Shown here: piece by piece, positions 1 through 10,413 of the stretch | How positions within the stretch are numbered: position 1 is the first letter of the stretch | How the letters are laid out: each line of letters begins with the position of its first letter | Assembly (NCBI GenBank): GCA_963833985.1 | Contig: CAWIAD010000001.1 | Location: forward strand, 2,688,001-2,752,000 | Reading direction: 5' to 3' | DNA from: an uncultured Planctomycetaceae bacterium | GTDB lineage: Bacteria; Planctomycetota; Planctomycetia; Isosphaerales; Isosphaeraceae | DNA: 64,000 nucleotides | Notes under the pieces: generated by a model | What the model was told of the DNA's origin: nothing | Databases searched by the model: none | What the model saw: the letters and a program-made list of their open reading frames with translations, nothing else | Position numbers and translations under genes: made by a program

Positions 1-235
1 GTTGGAGTTCGAGCGCACCAGTTCGGCCAGGCGGCGCTCTCCTTCCCTGGCAAGTCGGTCGAGCACGCGCTTGTGGGCGGCATGCGCGGCGAGATAAGTC
101 ATCTTCAGGGCCTCGGCGGTCTCACGCGTGGTCCAGCCGTCGATCGAGATATGCCAGAATACCTCCCAGGATTGAGAGTGGACCTTCTCGCGGACAATGG
201 ATTGAACCTCTCCGGCAAGATCCAGCAAGATCAAT
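1..235 (-). pseudogene. 3' part (sigma region 4) of an ECF sigma-70 factor split by IS1634; runs off the window edge
   Basis: Removing IS 236..2479 and one ATCAAT copy joins ...SSEQLI to LLDLAGEVQSIVREKVHSQSWEVFWHISIDGWTTRETAEALKMTYLAAHAAHKRVLDRL in frame, a planctomycete ECF region-4 pattern. Confidence 0.85.
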
Positions 236-2479
236 CCTACTTTCCGCACATCTCCCTTTGATTTCCCCGAATTCGACCTGAGGCCATCTTCTCAGACGCG
301 GCCCCAGGGTCGGTAAACATCTACAAGTCGATCGGCACGGGGAATTTGTTCGGTTCAGATGGTTCGCCAACCGGACCGTTCCTGAACTCAAGCCATTCTT
401 CGCCTTGTCTTATGACTTGGCAATGTCCAACCGCGCGCAGCGATTCTCGCCGCGACGACTTGTGACACGGGCTATGAGCGTAAGTTGAGCGGCTCACAAC
501 TTATGTCAAGGCACATTGTTATAAGTGAATCGCAAGATTTTTTGTCCTTGACGTCCCGATCTCCTCCGCCATCATTGCGGCAAGCCCTGCGGCGGTCGGC
601 CTGCTCCCCTCACGGCCCTGGAAGGCCCGGCGGCGGACACCGGCCAACTCGCTGCAAACCCTCCGGAGATGATCCGCATGAACGAACCTCAACGACCGCG
701 CCAACCCGGCGAGACGGCACGCTCGAAGGGACGCACGCGCACGCTCAACACGCGGCGGATTGCCGCCGTGCCCATCCTGGAACACTTCCTGAGTCGGCTC
801 CGCCTTCGCGAGTTTCTCTGCGACCACCTGCCCCATGAGGACGGCCGCACTCGGGTCCCCACGGCCACGGCCTTGCTCGTCCTGCTGCGCAACCTGCTGA
901 TCTCGCGTGAGCCACTCTATGGTGTCGGTGAGTGGGTGGCCCGCCATGAGCCGAAACTGTTCGGGTTGTCCGATGTCCAAGTCGCCGCAATGAACGACGA
1001 TCGAGTTGGCCGGGCCCTCGACCGTCTCTTCGACGCCAATCTCTCGGGGTTGGCCCTGAAGGTCGCGGCCCATGCCGTACGCGAATTCGACGTCAGCCTC
1101 GACCAGTTACACAACGACTCGACCACCATCACTTTCCACGGTGACTACGAGTCGGCGGAGGCGGAGCGAACCCTGCGGGGACAATTGCGGTTGGCGGTGA
1201 CCTGGGGTCATAACAAAGACCACCGCCCCGACCTCAAGCAGCTACTCTACATCCTCACCGTGACCGGCGACGGTGCCGTCCCGGTGCACTTTCGCGTCGA
1301 GAGCGGCAACGCCACCGACGACCGCTCTCACCAGGAGACCTGGGAGTTGCTCTGTCAACTGACCGGACGCCGAGACTTTCTCTACATCGCCGACTGCAAG
1401 CTGGCCACCACCGAGAACATGGCCTATCTGCATCAGCGCGGCGGTCGGTTCCTCAGCGTGCTGCCGCGAACTCGCAGTGAGGACGGTGCCTTCCGCGGCG
1501 CCGTACTCCGGGGAGAGATCCAGTGGCGATGGACCCACGACAAGTACGACGACAAGGGACAGTTGACCGACCGCTTCTCGATCTGCAAACCTGCGAGCCA
1601 GACCACCGAGGGTTACCGGCTGATCTGGTATCACAGCACACGCAAGGCCGAGTTGGATGCGGAGGTACGGCTGACCCGGCTGGAGAAGGCGTTGAAACGA
1701 CTGGACGAACTGCGTGCCAAGCTCGCCTCGTCCCGAACCCGGTACCGCAGTCGAGCCAAGGTCGCCGAGGCGGTCGAGGAGCTGCTCCGGGACTGTGAGG
1801 TCACCGAGTGGATCTCGGTCGAGATCGAGGAGCAGGTCACCGAAAAGTTCCGCCAGGAGCGACGCGGCCGGCCTGGACAGGACACGCGGTACGTCCGAGA
1901 GGAGAAGCTCCGTTACTCGTTGAAGCATCGGATTGAGTTGGAGCGACTGGATGAGGAGGCCCGCTGTGATGGCATTTTCCCGCTGGTGAGCAACGAATCG
2001 AAGATGACGGAGCAGGATCTGCTCTTGGCCTACAAACAGCAACCGGCCATCGAACGACGGTTCGAGCACCTGAAGACTGACTTCGTGGTAGCGCCGATGT
2101 ACCTGAAGGAGGTGAGTCGGATTCAGGCCTTGCTCTGCGTGTACTTCTTCGTGTTGCTGGTCGAGGCGCTGTTGGAGCGAGAACTCCGCCGCGCGATGGA
2201 ACGAGAGGGAATCGAGAGTCTGCCACTGTATTCCGAAGGTCGGGCCTGCCGACGCCCGACGGCTCGAAAAGTGATCGACCTGTACGAGGACGTTCAAGAG
2301 CATTCCCTGAAGGCTGGGAAACGCCCTCTTGAGGTGTTCAGCACAGAGTTAACTCGGCTCCAGAAGAGAATCCTGCGCCTGCTGGGGATACCCAAAGCCT
2401 ACGAGATTTGAGCCTGACTGGCCGAAAGAGGGCACACGGAAATTACGAGATAGTCAAGGCGAGATGTGCGGAAAGTAGG
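236..2479 (+). mobile_element. IS1634-family insertion sequence, copy A (2244 bp)
   Basis: Terminal inverted repeat CCTACTTTCCGCACATCTC (19 bp perfect, about 28 bp imperfect); 6-bp target duplication ATCAAT at 230-235 and 2480-2485; DDE transposase inside. Confidence 0.93.
669..2411 (+). CDS. IS1634-family DDE transposase
   Basis: 580 aa; NDDRVGRALD, HNDST, GHNKDHRPDLKQ, IADCK and Y..Q..IERRF..LK motifs. Confidence 0.92.
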   Translation: MIRMNEPQRPRQPGETARSKGRTRTLNTRRIAAVPILEHFLSRLRLREFLCDHLPHEDGRTRVPTATALLVLLRNLLISREPLYGVGEWVARHEPKLFGLSDVQVAAMNDDRVGRALDRLFDANLSGLALKVAAHAVREFDVSLDQLHNDSTTITFHGDYESAEAERTLRGQLRLAVTWGHNKDHRPDLKQLLYILTVTGDGAVPVHFRVESGNATDDRSHQETWELLCQLTGRRDFLYIADCKLATTENMAYLHQRGGRFLSVLPRTRSEDGAFRGAVLRGEIQWRWTHDKYDDKGQLTDRFSICKPASQTTEGYRLIWYHSTRKAELDAEVRLTRLEKALKRLDELRAKLASSRTRYRSRAKVAEAVEELLRDCEVTEWISVEIEEQVTEKFRQERRGRPGQDTRYVREEKLRYSLKHRIELERLDEEARCDGIFPLVSNESKMTEQDLLLAYKQQPAIERRFEHLKTDFVVAPMYLKEVSRIQALLCVYFFVLLVEALLERELRRAMEREGIESLPLYSEGRACRRPTARKVIDLYEDVQEHSLKAGKRPLEVFSTELTRLQKRILRLLGIPKAYEI

Positions 2480-2886
2480 ATCAATTGCTCAGAAGAAGGT
2501 TCGTTATCTTCATAAAGCGGCTCGCGAGAGAGGGGTGAGTCTTCAATCCGAGCCAGCGACGGATCATCGAGCGCACGGACCGTTCCTTCCTCCCGACGAC
2601 GCTCGCGGATGGCATCGACGACACGCCAGTGGAAGCATCTTCGGATCCAGCCCCGGAACCTGCGGCTGGGATCGTATTGAAACGATCGCATCTTCTCTGC
2701 AAGTTCCAGCCAGAAGATCTGCGAGACGTCCGCCGCGAACTCGTCATCGAGTCGATATTCCCGGCACCAGGTTCGGAGGTAAGGCTCATATCTTGCGACG
2801 AATTCCCGCCAAGCGTCCTGGTCGCGCCAGTCGGCAGTTCGTCTCAAGAGCGTGGAGCTGGTCCTGGTGTCATCGGAATTCATCAT
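2480..2886 (-). pseudogene. 5' part (sigma region 2) of the IS-interrupted ECF sigma factor
   Basis: MMNSDDTRTSSTLLRR...DQDAWREFVARYEPYL...FQYDPSRRFRGWI, typical planctomycete ECF N-terminus, truncated at the IS end. Confidence 0.85.
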
Positions 2887-3169
2887 CGAATCCTTGTGAA
2901 TTCGAGTGCGCAGGCGACCGGTGTAAAGGGCGATGACAGGGTTCTGGCGAAAGCGTGTAGATGGTCCTCGTAGGACTGGTAGAGACATCGAGAAAGTCCG
3001 GGGCACATGGAATCCTGGATCATCGTATCCATGGAGGGAACGTTTGCACAATGGGCTGGCATTAACAAAGCAAGGCATTGGATCGTTCGCCCCACGGGCG
3101 ATCGACGGCCATCAATACAACGGCGTGGGCCGCGCAATGTATTCCTCGGTGGATGGAAAGGGGACGACG

Positions 3170-3868
3170 ATGCGTGTGTCGATAGTCACGGTGGTCGGAC
3201 TGCTGGTGGCGACGTTCGCGTTCTGGATTGGCGACGCGGAGTCCCAGCATGGCGCGGGCAAGGGCAAGGCGGCACCGCCTAGCCCTCCAAGAAAAGTGGC
3301 CGCGGCCATCGTGCCAAAGGCGCACCCGCCACAGCCCCAGCCGAAGGCCCATCCAAAGGCGAAGGCAGCGGTTTCGAAGGAGGCGCAGAAGAAGGCCGCC
3401 GCATCAAACGGGGCACAGAAGAAACAGAGCGGTTCGCCGAAGCAGGAAAACAAAGCAAAGAAGAATCAGGCGCACACCAAGAAAGCGGCGACGAACAAAG
3501 TGGCCAGGGCCGCCGGGGTACCGGCCCTTACTCCCCAGGACAGCATCGCATTGCTGAACACGGCGTATCAAAAGCTCAAGGAAGTGAATAACGGCTATGG
3601 CGGACACCCCGCTTCGGCCATGAAGCACGTCGGGGCGGCCCTCGGCCATCTCGGCTCTCCGTTGCCCCTACAGATCGAAGGCGTCAGCGGCTTGGTGACT
3701 GCGCCGCGCACGGTATCCGACGCATCACTGAGGCAGGCCAGGGCGAGTCTGGAGAAAGTCAGCCATCACTTCGCCGCGAATTCCGTCCCCACCCCGGGCA
3801 GTGGAGCAGCACATCGCGCCGTGAACAACGCCATCCGTGAGCTTGATGCGGCGTTGATCACCCGATGA
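3170..3868 (+). CDS. Hypothetical exported protein with Lys/Ala/Pro-rich linker and helical C-terminal domain (YGGH motif)
   Basis: AAGGGGA RBS before ATG 3170; hydrophobic N-terminus; coherent ORF. Confidence 0.7.
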   Translation: MRVSIVTVVGLLVATFAFWIGDAESQHGAGKGKAAPPSPPRKVAAAIVPKAHPPQPQPKAHPKAKAAVSKEAQKKAAASNGAQKKQSGSPKQENKAKKNQAHTKKAATNKVARAAGVPALTPQDSIALLNTAYQKLKEVNNGYGGHPASAMKHVGAALGHLGSPLPLQIEGVSGLVTAPRTVSDASLRQARASLEKVSHHFAANSVPTPGSGAAHRAVNNAIRELDAALITR

Positions 3869-4257
3869 GCGGGGAGGAGCTTCGCGCAGCGCTGCTGAGA
3901 AGAAGCTCGAGCTGGCCTCATTGAAGTTGAGCAAGTGGCCCGAGAACTCTCTGCCTGGCCGCACGGCCGCACGCTTCGCGCAAGTCAACCAGCACGCGGC
4001 CAGGGATGCCATTGAACACGGATTCCGCGTCCGTGTGCTCGCTCACGCGCAGGCAAACGTAAGCCCGCGGACAGGAAATGAAAACCCATTAGAGAAACCA
4101 GAACCCCGGCTTTCCCGGTATCAGCACAGTCCGAGGCAACTGGCCTGGCCTCTCAGCACACCGCTGGACCAGCAAGCGTGTGCAGGCAGACAAGCAGTTC
4201 AAAACCTCAACGTCTCTCGCTCGCACCAGATCAGCTCCCTGAAAGGAAGCCTGACCA

Positions 4258-4833
4258 ATGGGACTCGCACTCGCTCTCTCGCTGTCTCTCATCACGCAGC
4301 AGGCCCCGACAATGGTCTACCAGGTCAGCGGGCCCGTCCAGAAGTTTCAGTTGTACTGGACTTTCGACCCGTCCGAGCTGATCCTCGGCCTGGATGGCGT
4401 CTCGGTCAACTCCATCAACGACAACCCTCCCTCCGCACCCATCTCGATCAAATTCGCTTCGGCCCAGCTCCAGCCGATTCCCTCCAACCCCAACTTGTGC
4501 TCCTTGTCAGATCAAAATGGAGACGCCATCATTTCCTATCAGTGGACCAGCGTCGGCTACGGCAGCGGAGCCGTAGAACTGGGATTCGAAACGGGGTTCG
4601 CCCTCGAGGACCAGATGTCGCCCTTCACCTTCGTAGGATTCGACTATGGCGCCTTCGTGCTGGTCACCCTCGTTCCCTCGTCTGGGAGAGTTCAGGATAT
4701 CCAGGACGTGATGAATGGAAAATCGCTCACGGTCAGCGGGACCGCGAACTTCGAGTTGGTCCTCGCGCCCTACAACACGCTCGTTTACCCCAGGCCGAAC
4801 CTGAGAGTTTTCATCCCGGCAGTGCGCTACTGA
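4258..4833 (+). CDS. Hypothetical secreted beta-rich protein, paralog of 12542..13117
   Basis: 191 aa, signal-like N-terminus, colinear paralog in the window. Confidence 0.85.
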   Translation: MGLALALSLSLITQQAPTMVYQVSGPVQKFQLYWTFDPSELILGLDGVSVNSINDNPPSAPISIKFASAQLQPIPSNPNLCSLSDQNGDAIISYQWTSVGYGSGAVELGFETGFALEDQMSPFTFVGFDYGAFVLVTLVPSSGRVQDIQDVMNGKSLTVSGTANFELVLAPYNTLVYPRPNLRVFIPAVRY

Positions 4834-4921
4834 TCGACACGACCCGAGCGCCTGACTGAAAGCTTCCGCCCGTCCGCAGCCATGGTGCCGAGTGGTGTTC
4901 CGCTCTTCCAGGATACTTGAT

Positions 4922-7900
4922 ATGGCCACACTGAATCCCAGGCTTGCCGACCTCGCCGACGACGACCGTCAGATGCTCGAATCATGGCTCGTCGAGTTCG
5001 ATGAGAAATGGGATGAGGGCTCGCTGTCAAGCCGCCTGGACCAGATCCCGCCGGGAAGTTCCTGGCGCCTGCCCGCACTGTGCGAGATGGTCAAGATCGA
5101 CCTTCAGCGGCAGTGGAAGAGCGGCCGGCAGGTCAGCCTCGAATCGTACCTGGAGCAGTATCCCGAGCTGGGCAGCCCTGGCGACGTCTCCGCCGACCTG
5201 ATCCAGGCCGAGTACGAGGTCCGGCGCCAGTTCGGCGCTCCCGTCACCCTCGACGACTACGTCCGCCGTTTCCCGCACCAGGCCGAGGAACTCGCTCGCC
5301 TGATCACGCCGGGCGGCTCGACGTTCTCGCGACGCTCGCCTGCCCCCGGTTCCTCGCACAAGTCTTCTCGTGTCCCAAAATCCGCGGAGCCGCCCCAGCC
5401 GCCTCCCGAGCAGTTCGGCCGCTACCGGATCATCAAGCGCTTGGGGCAGGGTGGGATGGGCTCGGTCTACCTGGCCCAGGATACTCATCTCCAACGCGCC
5501 GTGGCTCTGAAAGTACCGGAGTTTGGAGAACACGACGATCCTGAGGCGCGGAAGCGGTTCCTGGAAGAGGCGCGCACCGCCGCCACGCTCGACCACCCTT
5601 ACCTCTGTCCCGTGTATGACGCCGGGGAAATCGATGGGCAGCTTTACCTGACGATGGCGTACATCGAGGGCCAGTCGCTGGCGGACCTGATCGGCGATGC
5701 GGGCTGGCCGCAGCGCCAGGTCGCGGCGCTGGTAGGCAAGCTCGCGCTGGCGTTGCAGGAAGCGCACACCCGCAAGGTCGTCCACCGCGACCTCAAGCCG
5801 GCGAACATCATGATCAAGACGACCGGTTCCCGGCGCGAGCCGGTGATCGTCGATTTCGGCCTGGCCCGGCGGGAGAATCCGCAGGACCAGCGCCTGACGA
5901 AGTCGGGCCAGGTCATGGGCACGCTCGGCTACATGGCGCCCGAGCAGATCCGCGGCGATCTGAAGGAGATTGGGCCGGCCTGCGACATCTACGCGCTCGG
6001 AGTGATCCTCTACGAGCTACTGACCGGCCGGCTGCCGTTTTCCGGTTCGGGGCTGGCGATTGCGGGCCAGATCCTGACCCAGGCGCCGTTGCCGCCGTCG
6101 ACGCATCGGGCCGACCTCAACCCCGCCCTCGAGGCCATCTGCCTGAAGGCGATGGCCAAGGTCATCGGAGACCGCTACACCTCAATGGCCGAGCTGGCCG
6201 CGGACTTGACGGGTTTTCTTCAATCGGCATCAGCCACTCAGAGGTCAACTACGTCAGCCGGACCACCTGCCATACTCTCGCCGATCTCACGAGAGCGGCC
6301 TCAGCCGACTGGGAGCAACTCTCTGGTCGGCCAGTTCCTCGATCGGTTGGCCGGGACCAACGCGTTGCCTCCTCCCATCCCGACTCCGGAGCCGGTCGCT
6401 TCTGCAGCGCCGTTGAGGGGACGTCGCCGGCCGCCGTGGCCATTGATCGTCGCGGCCAGGGCGCTCGGTGTCATGATGCTCGGCGTGATCATCCTGGCCC
6501 GAGTCCCGTCGGCGCCCGACGTGGAGAAGGTTCCGGGAACCGTTCCGGGAGTCGCCAAGAGCGTTGAGGGCAAGCCACAAGGCCCAGTCGCCGCTGGCAC
6601 CGCCGAAAGTCCCGCTCAGACAGTGGGAGGCAAGCCACCAGCGCCGCCCGCGACGACTCCGTCCTCGGCGAAAGAGCTCGCCTCGCCGTCTACAGTCGGG
6701 ACAGCGAGCACGAAAGGCGACTTCCAGCCCCTGTTCAACGGCAGGAACACGGCCGGGTGGAAAGTACATCCGAATCAGAGGGGCAACTGGCATGTTGCGA
6801 ACGGCGTCCTGATCGGCTCCGGTCCGGCGCTCAGCCACATCTACACGGAACGCGGTGATTTCACTGATTTTCACCTGCGCCTGGAGGCACGCTTCAACCG
6901 TGGCGGCAGTAGCGGAGTCTACCTGCGATGTCCGTTCGGCCCGAGTCTCCCCTCGGCGGACGATCCGAAATGGCCCGATGGATACGAGGCCACGATTAAC
7001 AATTCACGAGTCGCTCGCAACATCACCGGGGGCCTCTACCCGGGCGTGGGCAACGCCTTGATTGTTACCAAGTCTACCACGGTAACCTTCGGACAGTGGT
7101 TCACGCTGGAAGTGATCGCAGACGGCGGCGCTCTCACCGTCCTGGTGGACGGGAGATCAAGCGCATACAAATTCGCTCAGGAAAGACTCCATTCGAGCGG
7201 CCATATCGCCTTGCAACAGTACAGCCCCGAATCCGTGATCGAGTTCCGCAGGATCGAAATCAAAGAACTGAACCGCCCCGATCAGAAAGACCCAAAAGAG
7301 ATAGAGCGCTTCCCGGTTGGCTCAGACCGGGTGGCTCGCGTTGCCTTTATACCGGACGGATCGGGCATCCTATCGGGGTCATTTGACTGGACCCATACCA
7401 AAAGAAAAGATGGAGGGGACTACTTTTGGTTCGACCACAATTACGTGCTACGATTGCAGGCTGCGGAGGCGAACGGACGAAACCTATACACCAGGCAGGG
7501 AGAGGGAGCGATTGGCGGACCCCTTGCGTTTTCTGCCGACGGCCGGTTCGCAGCCTCGTCCGATTCTTCACTCTCAAAGCATCCAATTCTGGTCTGGGAT
7601 CTGAAGCTGGGAAAACGCATAAAGAGATTGATGTTAAAGGATAAAAGCAAGGAATTGGAGTGCTCCGCTCTGTCCTTTTCTGCAGATGACCGCCGCGTCA
7701 TGGCCGCGTCGACGAACGGCGCCGTGTTGTCGTGGGATCTGGCCACAGAAGAGGAGCAACCCGTAGTCACTCTCGAGGCGGGGCCGATCAAGCAGAATGA
7801 ATTCCCATGCGCGGCTTTCGGTGCCGACCGACAGCATCTGGCCACGGGGAGTCAATCAGGGCTGGTCGAGCTCTGGGACCCGCAGAGCGGCAAGAAGTTG

Positions 7901-8269
7901 CAGACATTCACTGGTCACAGGGGAGTGGTTGGAAGGGTGGCTTGTTCGGCGGACGGACGCCTCATCCTTTCCGCTGGCAGCGACCACAGCGTTCGCTTAT
8001 GGGACGTGGCCAGCGGGAAACAAATCCACCACTTGGAGAGTGATGACAGACAGGTCAGGTGCATCGCGTTCTCGCCGGACAACCGGCGAGCCTTGTCCGG
8101 TGGTCTCGATGGGCCCGTCCATTTGTGGGACCTTGCGAGCGGCAAGGAAGTATGCTGCATGGAAGGGCATAGCATGGGGGTGAACTCCGTGGCTTTCTCT
8201 CCTGACGGCCGCAGGGCGGTCTCGGGAAGCGACGACACAACCGTGCGTCTCTGGCAACTGCCGGAATAG
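4922..8269 (+). CDS. Ser/Thr protein kinase with TM segment, DUF1080-like domain and WD40 repeats
   Basis: LGQGGMGSV, VALK, HRDLKPANI, DFG, YMAPEQ; FQPLFNG...GHIALQ (DUF1080); repeated VRLWD/GH WD40 motifs. Confidence 0.93.
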   Translation: MATLNPRLADLADDDRQMLESWLVEFDEKWDEGSLSSRLDQIPPGSSWRLPALCEMVKIDLQRQWKSGRQVSLESYLEQYPELGSPGDVSADLIQAEYEVRRQFGAPVTLDDYVRRFPHQAEELARLITPGGSTFSRRSPAPGSSHKSSRVPKSAEPPQPPPEQFGRYRIIKRLGQGGMGSVYLAQDTHLQRAVALKVPEFGEHDDPEARKRFLEEARTAATLDHPYLCPVYDAGEIDGQLYLTMAYIEGQSLADLIGDAGWPQRQVAALVGKLALALQEAHTRKVVHRDLKPANIMIKTTGSRREPVIVDFGLARRENPQDQRLTKSGQVMGTLGYMAPEQIRGDLKEIGPACDIYALGVILYELLTGRLPFSGSGLAIAGQILTQAPLPPSTHRADLNPALEAICLKAMAKVIGDRYTSMAELAADLTGFLQSASATQRSTTSAGPPAILSPISRERPQPTGSNSLVGQFLDRLAGTNALPPPIPTPEPVASAAPLRGRRRPPWPLIVAARALGVMMLGVIILARVPSAPDVEKVPGTVPGVAKSVEGKPQGPVAAGTAESPAQTVGGKPPAPPATTPSSAKELASPSTVGTASTKGDFQPLFNGRNTAGWKVHPNQRGNWHVANGVLIGSGPALSHIYTERGDFTDFHLRLEARFNRGGSSGVYLRCPFGPSLPSADDPKWPDGYEATINNSRVARNITGGLYPGVGNALIVTKSTTVTFGQWFTLEVIADGGALTVLVDGRSSAYKFAQERLHSSGHIALQQYSPESVIEFRRIEIKELNRPDQKDPKEIERFPVGSDRVARVAFIPDGSGILSGSFDWTHTKRKDGGDYFWFDHNYVLRLQAAEANGRNLYTRQGEGAIGGPLAFSADGRFAASSDSSLSKHPILVWDLKLGKRIKRLMLKDKSKELECSALSFSADDRRVMAASTNGAVLSWDLATEEEQPVVTLEAGPIKQNEFPCAAFGADRQHLATGSQSGLVELWDPQSGKKLQTFTGHRGVVGRVACSADGRLILSAGSDHSVRLWDVASGKQIHHLESDDRQVRCIAFSPDNRRALSGGLDGPVHLWDLASGKEVCCMEGHSMGVNSVAFSPDGRRAVSGSDDTTVRLWQLPE

Positions 8270-8290
8270 GGTCTTGCCGAGAGAACCCTA
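8267..8290. terminator. Hairpin at the end of the kinase gene (terminator or REP remnant)
   Basis: TAGGGT...ACCCTA inverted repeat between convergent regions. Confidence 0.4.
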
Positions 8291-8319
8291 CCCAACACCG
8301 CTGATACATTGGTCTTTGA

Positions 8320-8530
8320 TCACCCGGTGAAGGGCCAGCGCCCGGCGCATCTCCCGCACGTTCGTGTATCGGGCCTGCGGATCGCGGGCCAGCTCACGAT
8401 GGATGATTCCGGCCAAGCCATCGGGAAGAGCGGGGCGGCGATCGCGGATCGGCACGGGGTATTCCAGCAAGATCTTCATGATCTTCGCGTGCAGCTTCGT
8501 GGGAAAGTCGTCGATGACCGGCCGTCGGTC
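8320..8530 (-). pseudogene. Degenerate duplicate (copy C) of the 3' end of the FHA-kinase gene
   Basis: Aligns to 10414..10626 ([26 protein letters not shown]...NVREMRRAL) with small indels. Confidence 0.88.
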
Positions 8531-8676
8531 CAACGCCAGGGTTTGGAGACCCTTGCAGAACGAAGGCGTGGGACAGCGGGGTCGGGAAACCCTCGCCGAA
8601 CAAAACAAGCTTGCAACGGAAGCAGCGGGGGGATCAAAGGGGGGTAAAGACAAACGTCGCGGCATGCCGGGCCACC

Positions 8677-8922
8677 CTACAGTCCCAGTCGTCGCTTCGC
8701 TTCCTCCAGGGATACGGTTGTGGTTTGTTTGGCGCGAGTCTCCAGTAGGGCCATCAGCCTGGGATTGGCGCGAGTCCGGGCGATCTCGCGGTCAAAATCG
8801 TCGACGGCTACAAGCAGAAATTCGCTGCCATCCGCGATCCGGACGACGATGTCGTCAACTCGAGCCTGATCGAGCAGGTTCACGATGTCAGGTGAGGCAT
8901 CAGTCAGTTCTACAGTCTTCAT
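8677..8922 (-). CDS. Putative antitoxin (Phd/YefM-like)
   Basis: 81 aa, ATGA overlap with the upstream toxin, C-terminal VSLEEAKRRLGL. Confidence 0.75.
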   Translation of the reverse strand: MKTVELTDASPDIVNLLDQARVDDIVVRIADGSEFLLVAVDDFDREIARTRANPRLMALLETRAKQTTTVSLEEAKRRLGL

Positions 8923-9212
8923 AGCTCGTGTTCTTCACCATGGATAAAGAGGCTGTTGCCAACCTTGCTGCCTACAGCCACAACCTTGACAACGGAATCC
9001 TCGAGAGAGACATCATGGAAGACACGAAAACTTTCGACTCGAAGCTCGCATTCGGCGAGTTGGTTCGGGCGGAGGCGTTTTCGTTTTCTCGTTTCGCGCG
9101 CCGGTTCATCTTTCAGTTGAACCTCGGTCTCGTCGACGACGCGTCTTGAATCGACATTTCGCAGAGAAGCCAGATCCTCCAGAGCTTCCGGCGTAAACTC
9201 AATGCGGTACAT
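8919..9212 (-). CDS. RelE/ParE-family toxin
   Basis: MYRIEFTPEALEDL...ELRVESFRVFHDV...VKVVAVG pattern. Confidence 0.85.
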   Translation of the reverse strand: MYRIEFTPEALEDLASLRNVDSRRVVDETEVQLKDEPARETRKRKRLRPNQLAECELRVESFRVFHDVSLEDSVVKVVAVGSKVGNSLFIHGEEHEL

Positions 9213-9380
9213 GCTGCCGCCAGGGACACTGAGGAGGCAATAAAGGGGGAGCCTCCATCCACCCCGTCGCCAGCTGCAATTCTACTCGGCGTATGGTCAA
9301 ACACGCGAGGTGTGCGCCATGGCCGCCGCCCGTTCCTTCAATGCCGTCATGACGACTAAATAGATCCTCGCCTCTTGGAA

Positions 9381-9434
9381 TGTGGGCCAGCCGCCCTCGG
9401 CTGGCTCAGGACGGCCGAGGGCGGCCGTTCCACA
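9381..9434. repeat. REP/REPIN-like palindromic doublet
   Basis: TGTGGGCCAGCCGCCCTCGGCTG...CGGCCGAGGGCGGCCGTTCCACA: two inverted GTGG-initiated palindromes. Confidence 0.7.
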
Positions 9435-9589
9435 CTTTCCCTCTTACGGGGAGCTATTTAGCTACTGGGAAATCGCCAGGCGAACCGACCAGGGGCAAGG
9501 GGCGCGCCGATCACGGCAAGCAGCTCGTGACCCGTCCGGCGCAGGGTCTGACCAGCAGAGGTGGGCGGGGATTCTGGTATCGAATTCTC

Positions 9590-9802
9590 TCACCTGGCAA
9601 AGGGTAGCAGCGCACGCCGCATTTCTCGCACGTTCGCGTACCGGGCCTGCGGATCGCGGGCCAGCGCACGATGGATGACCCAGGCCAATCCCACCGGTAT
9701 GTCGGGGCGGCGATCGCGGATCGGCACGGGGTCCTCCAGCAGGATCTTCATGATCTTCGCGTGCAGATTCCTGGGAAAGTCGTAGATGAACTGGTCGGTC
9801 AG
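9590..9802 (-). pseudogene. Duplicate (copy B) of the last 70 codons plus stop of the FHA-kinase gene
   Basis: 213 bp, about 20 mismatches to 10414..10626, no indels, stop retained, no start codon. Confidence 0.92.
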
Positions 9803-9875
9803 CAGCTACCAAAACAACGGCGAATGGATCCGTCGGTTACCACGAGTGTCCACTTCACTTTCTACGGCGTTTCCG

Positions 9876-10076
9876 TCACGCGCTTTGCTTGCGGGCAAGC
9901 AGCGCCCGAACCTCCGGAACCAGTTCGGTGGGGATGGCCATGAGCGTGATGTCCTCGGCCTCGCGCGCCGCCTCGATGTCGGCGAACTCCTCATCCTCGG
10001 TTTGGTTTTCGTAGTGCGCGATCATCTCCTTGACGCGCTTCTCATCCCAGCCAGGGGGAAACTTTTGCGTGCTCAT
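9876..10076 (-). CDS. Putative antitoxin, acidic 66 aa
   Basis: ATGA overlap with a BrnT/DUF4258-like toxin; FPPGWDE.RV...HYE motif. Confidence 0.75.
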   Translation of the reverse strand: MSTQKFPPGWDEKRVKEMIAHYENQTEDEEFADIEAAREAEDITLMAIPTELVPEVRALLARKQSA

Positions 10077-10357
10077 TTCGGTTTCCTCCGTTGTCGCCGC
10101 CGGAAGGCTTTCCTGGCCTTGCCTTGCGGTTCATATGCAGTAATCACAAATACGCTGTCGGGATCTTCGTCAGGCACGTAGAAGACTTGCAACAAGCGGC
10201 CGGCCGCAGTTTGGCCGATCTTCCGACGCGAGTTTCCCGTCGCGCGCAGGTCTTCACCCGGTCCGCGCAGGACTTCCCCAACTTCTCGTTCAGTGACCCC
10301 GTGCCCATGAATATGCGGCTGGCCGGTGTCTGGATCCTCGTAGAAGCGGAATTCCAT
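10073..10357 (-). CDS. BrnT/DUF4258-like toxin
   Basis: HGVTEREVGEVL...GQTAAGRLLQV...VFVITAY; GGAGG RBS. Confidence 0.82.
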   Translation of the reverse strand: MEFRFYEDPDTGQPHIHGHGVTEREVGEVLRGPGEDLRATGNSRRKIGQTAAGRLLQVFYVPDEDPDSVFVITAYEPQGKARKAFRRRQRRKPK

Positions 10358-10382
10358 GCCAACCCCTCCCTACCCGATTACG

Positions 10383-10388
10383 ATTCTA
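10383..10388 (-). promoter_or_regulatory. Putative -10 box (TAGAAT) of the TA cassette
   Basis: GGTAGAAT 25 nt downstream of the kinase stop and upstream of the toxin RBS. Confidence 0.55.
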
Positions 10389-10413
10389 CCGTGAAGGGAG
10401 TCTTGTGTAGTGA

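Noticed and set aside
8596..8640. Integron attC site (GCCGAAC...TGCAAC) beside the TA genes
   Set aside because: Only a left-half resemblance, with no matching GTTRRRY arm and no integrase in the window
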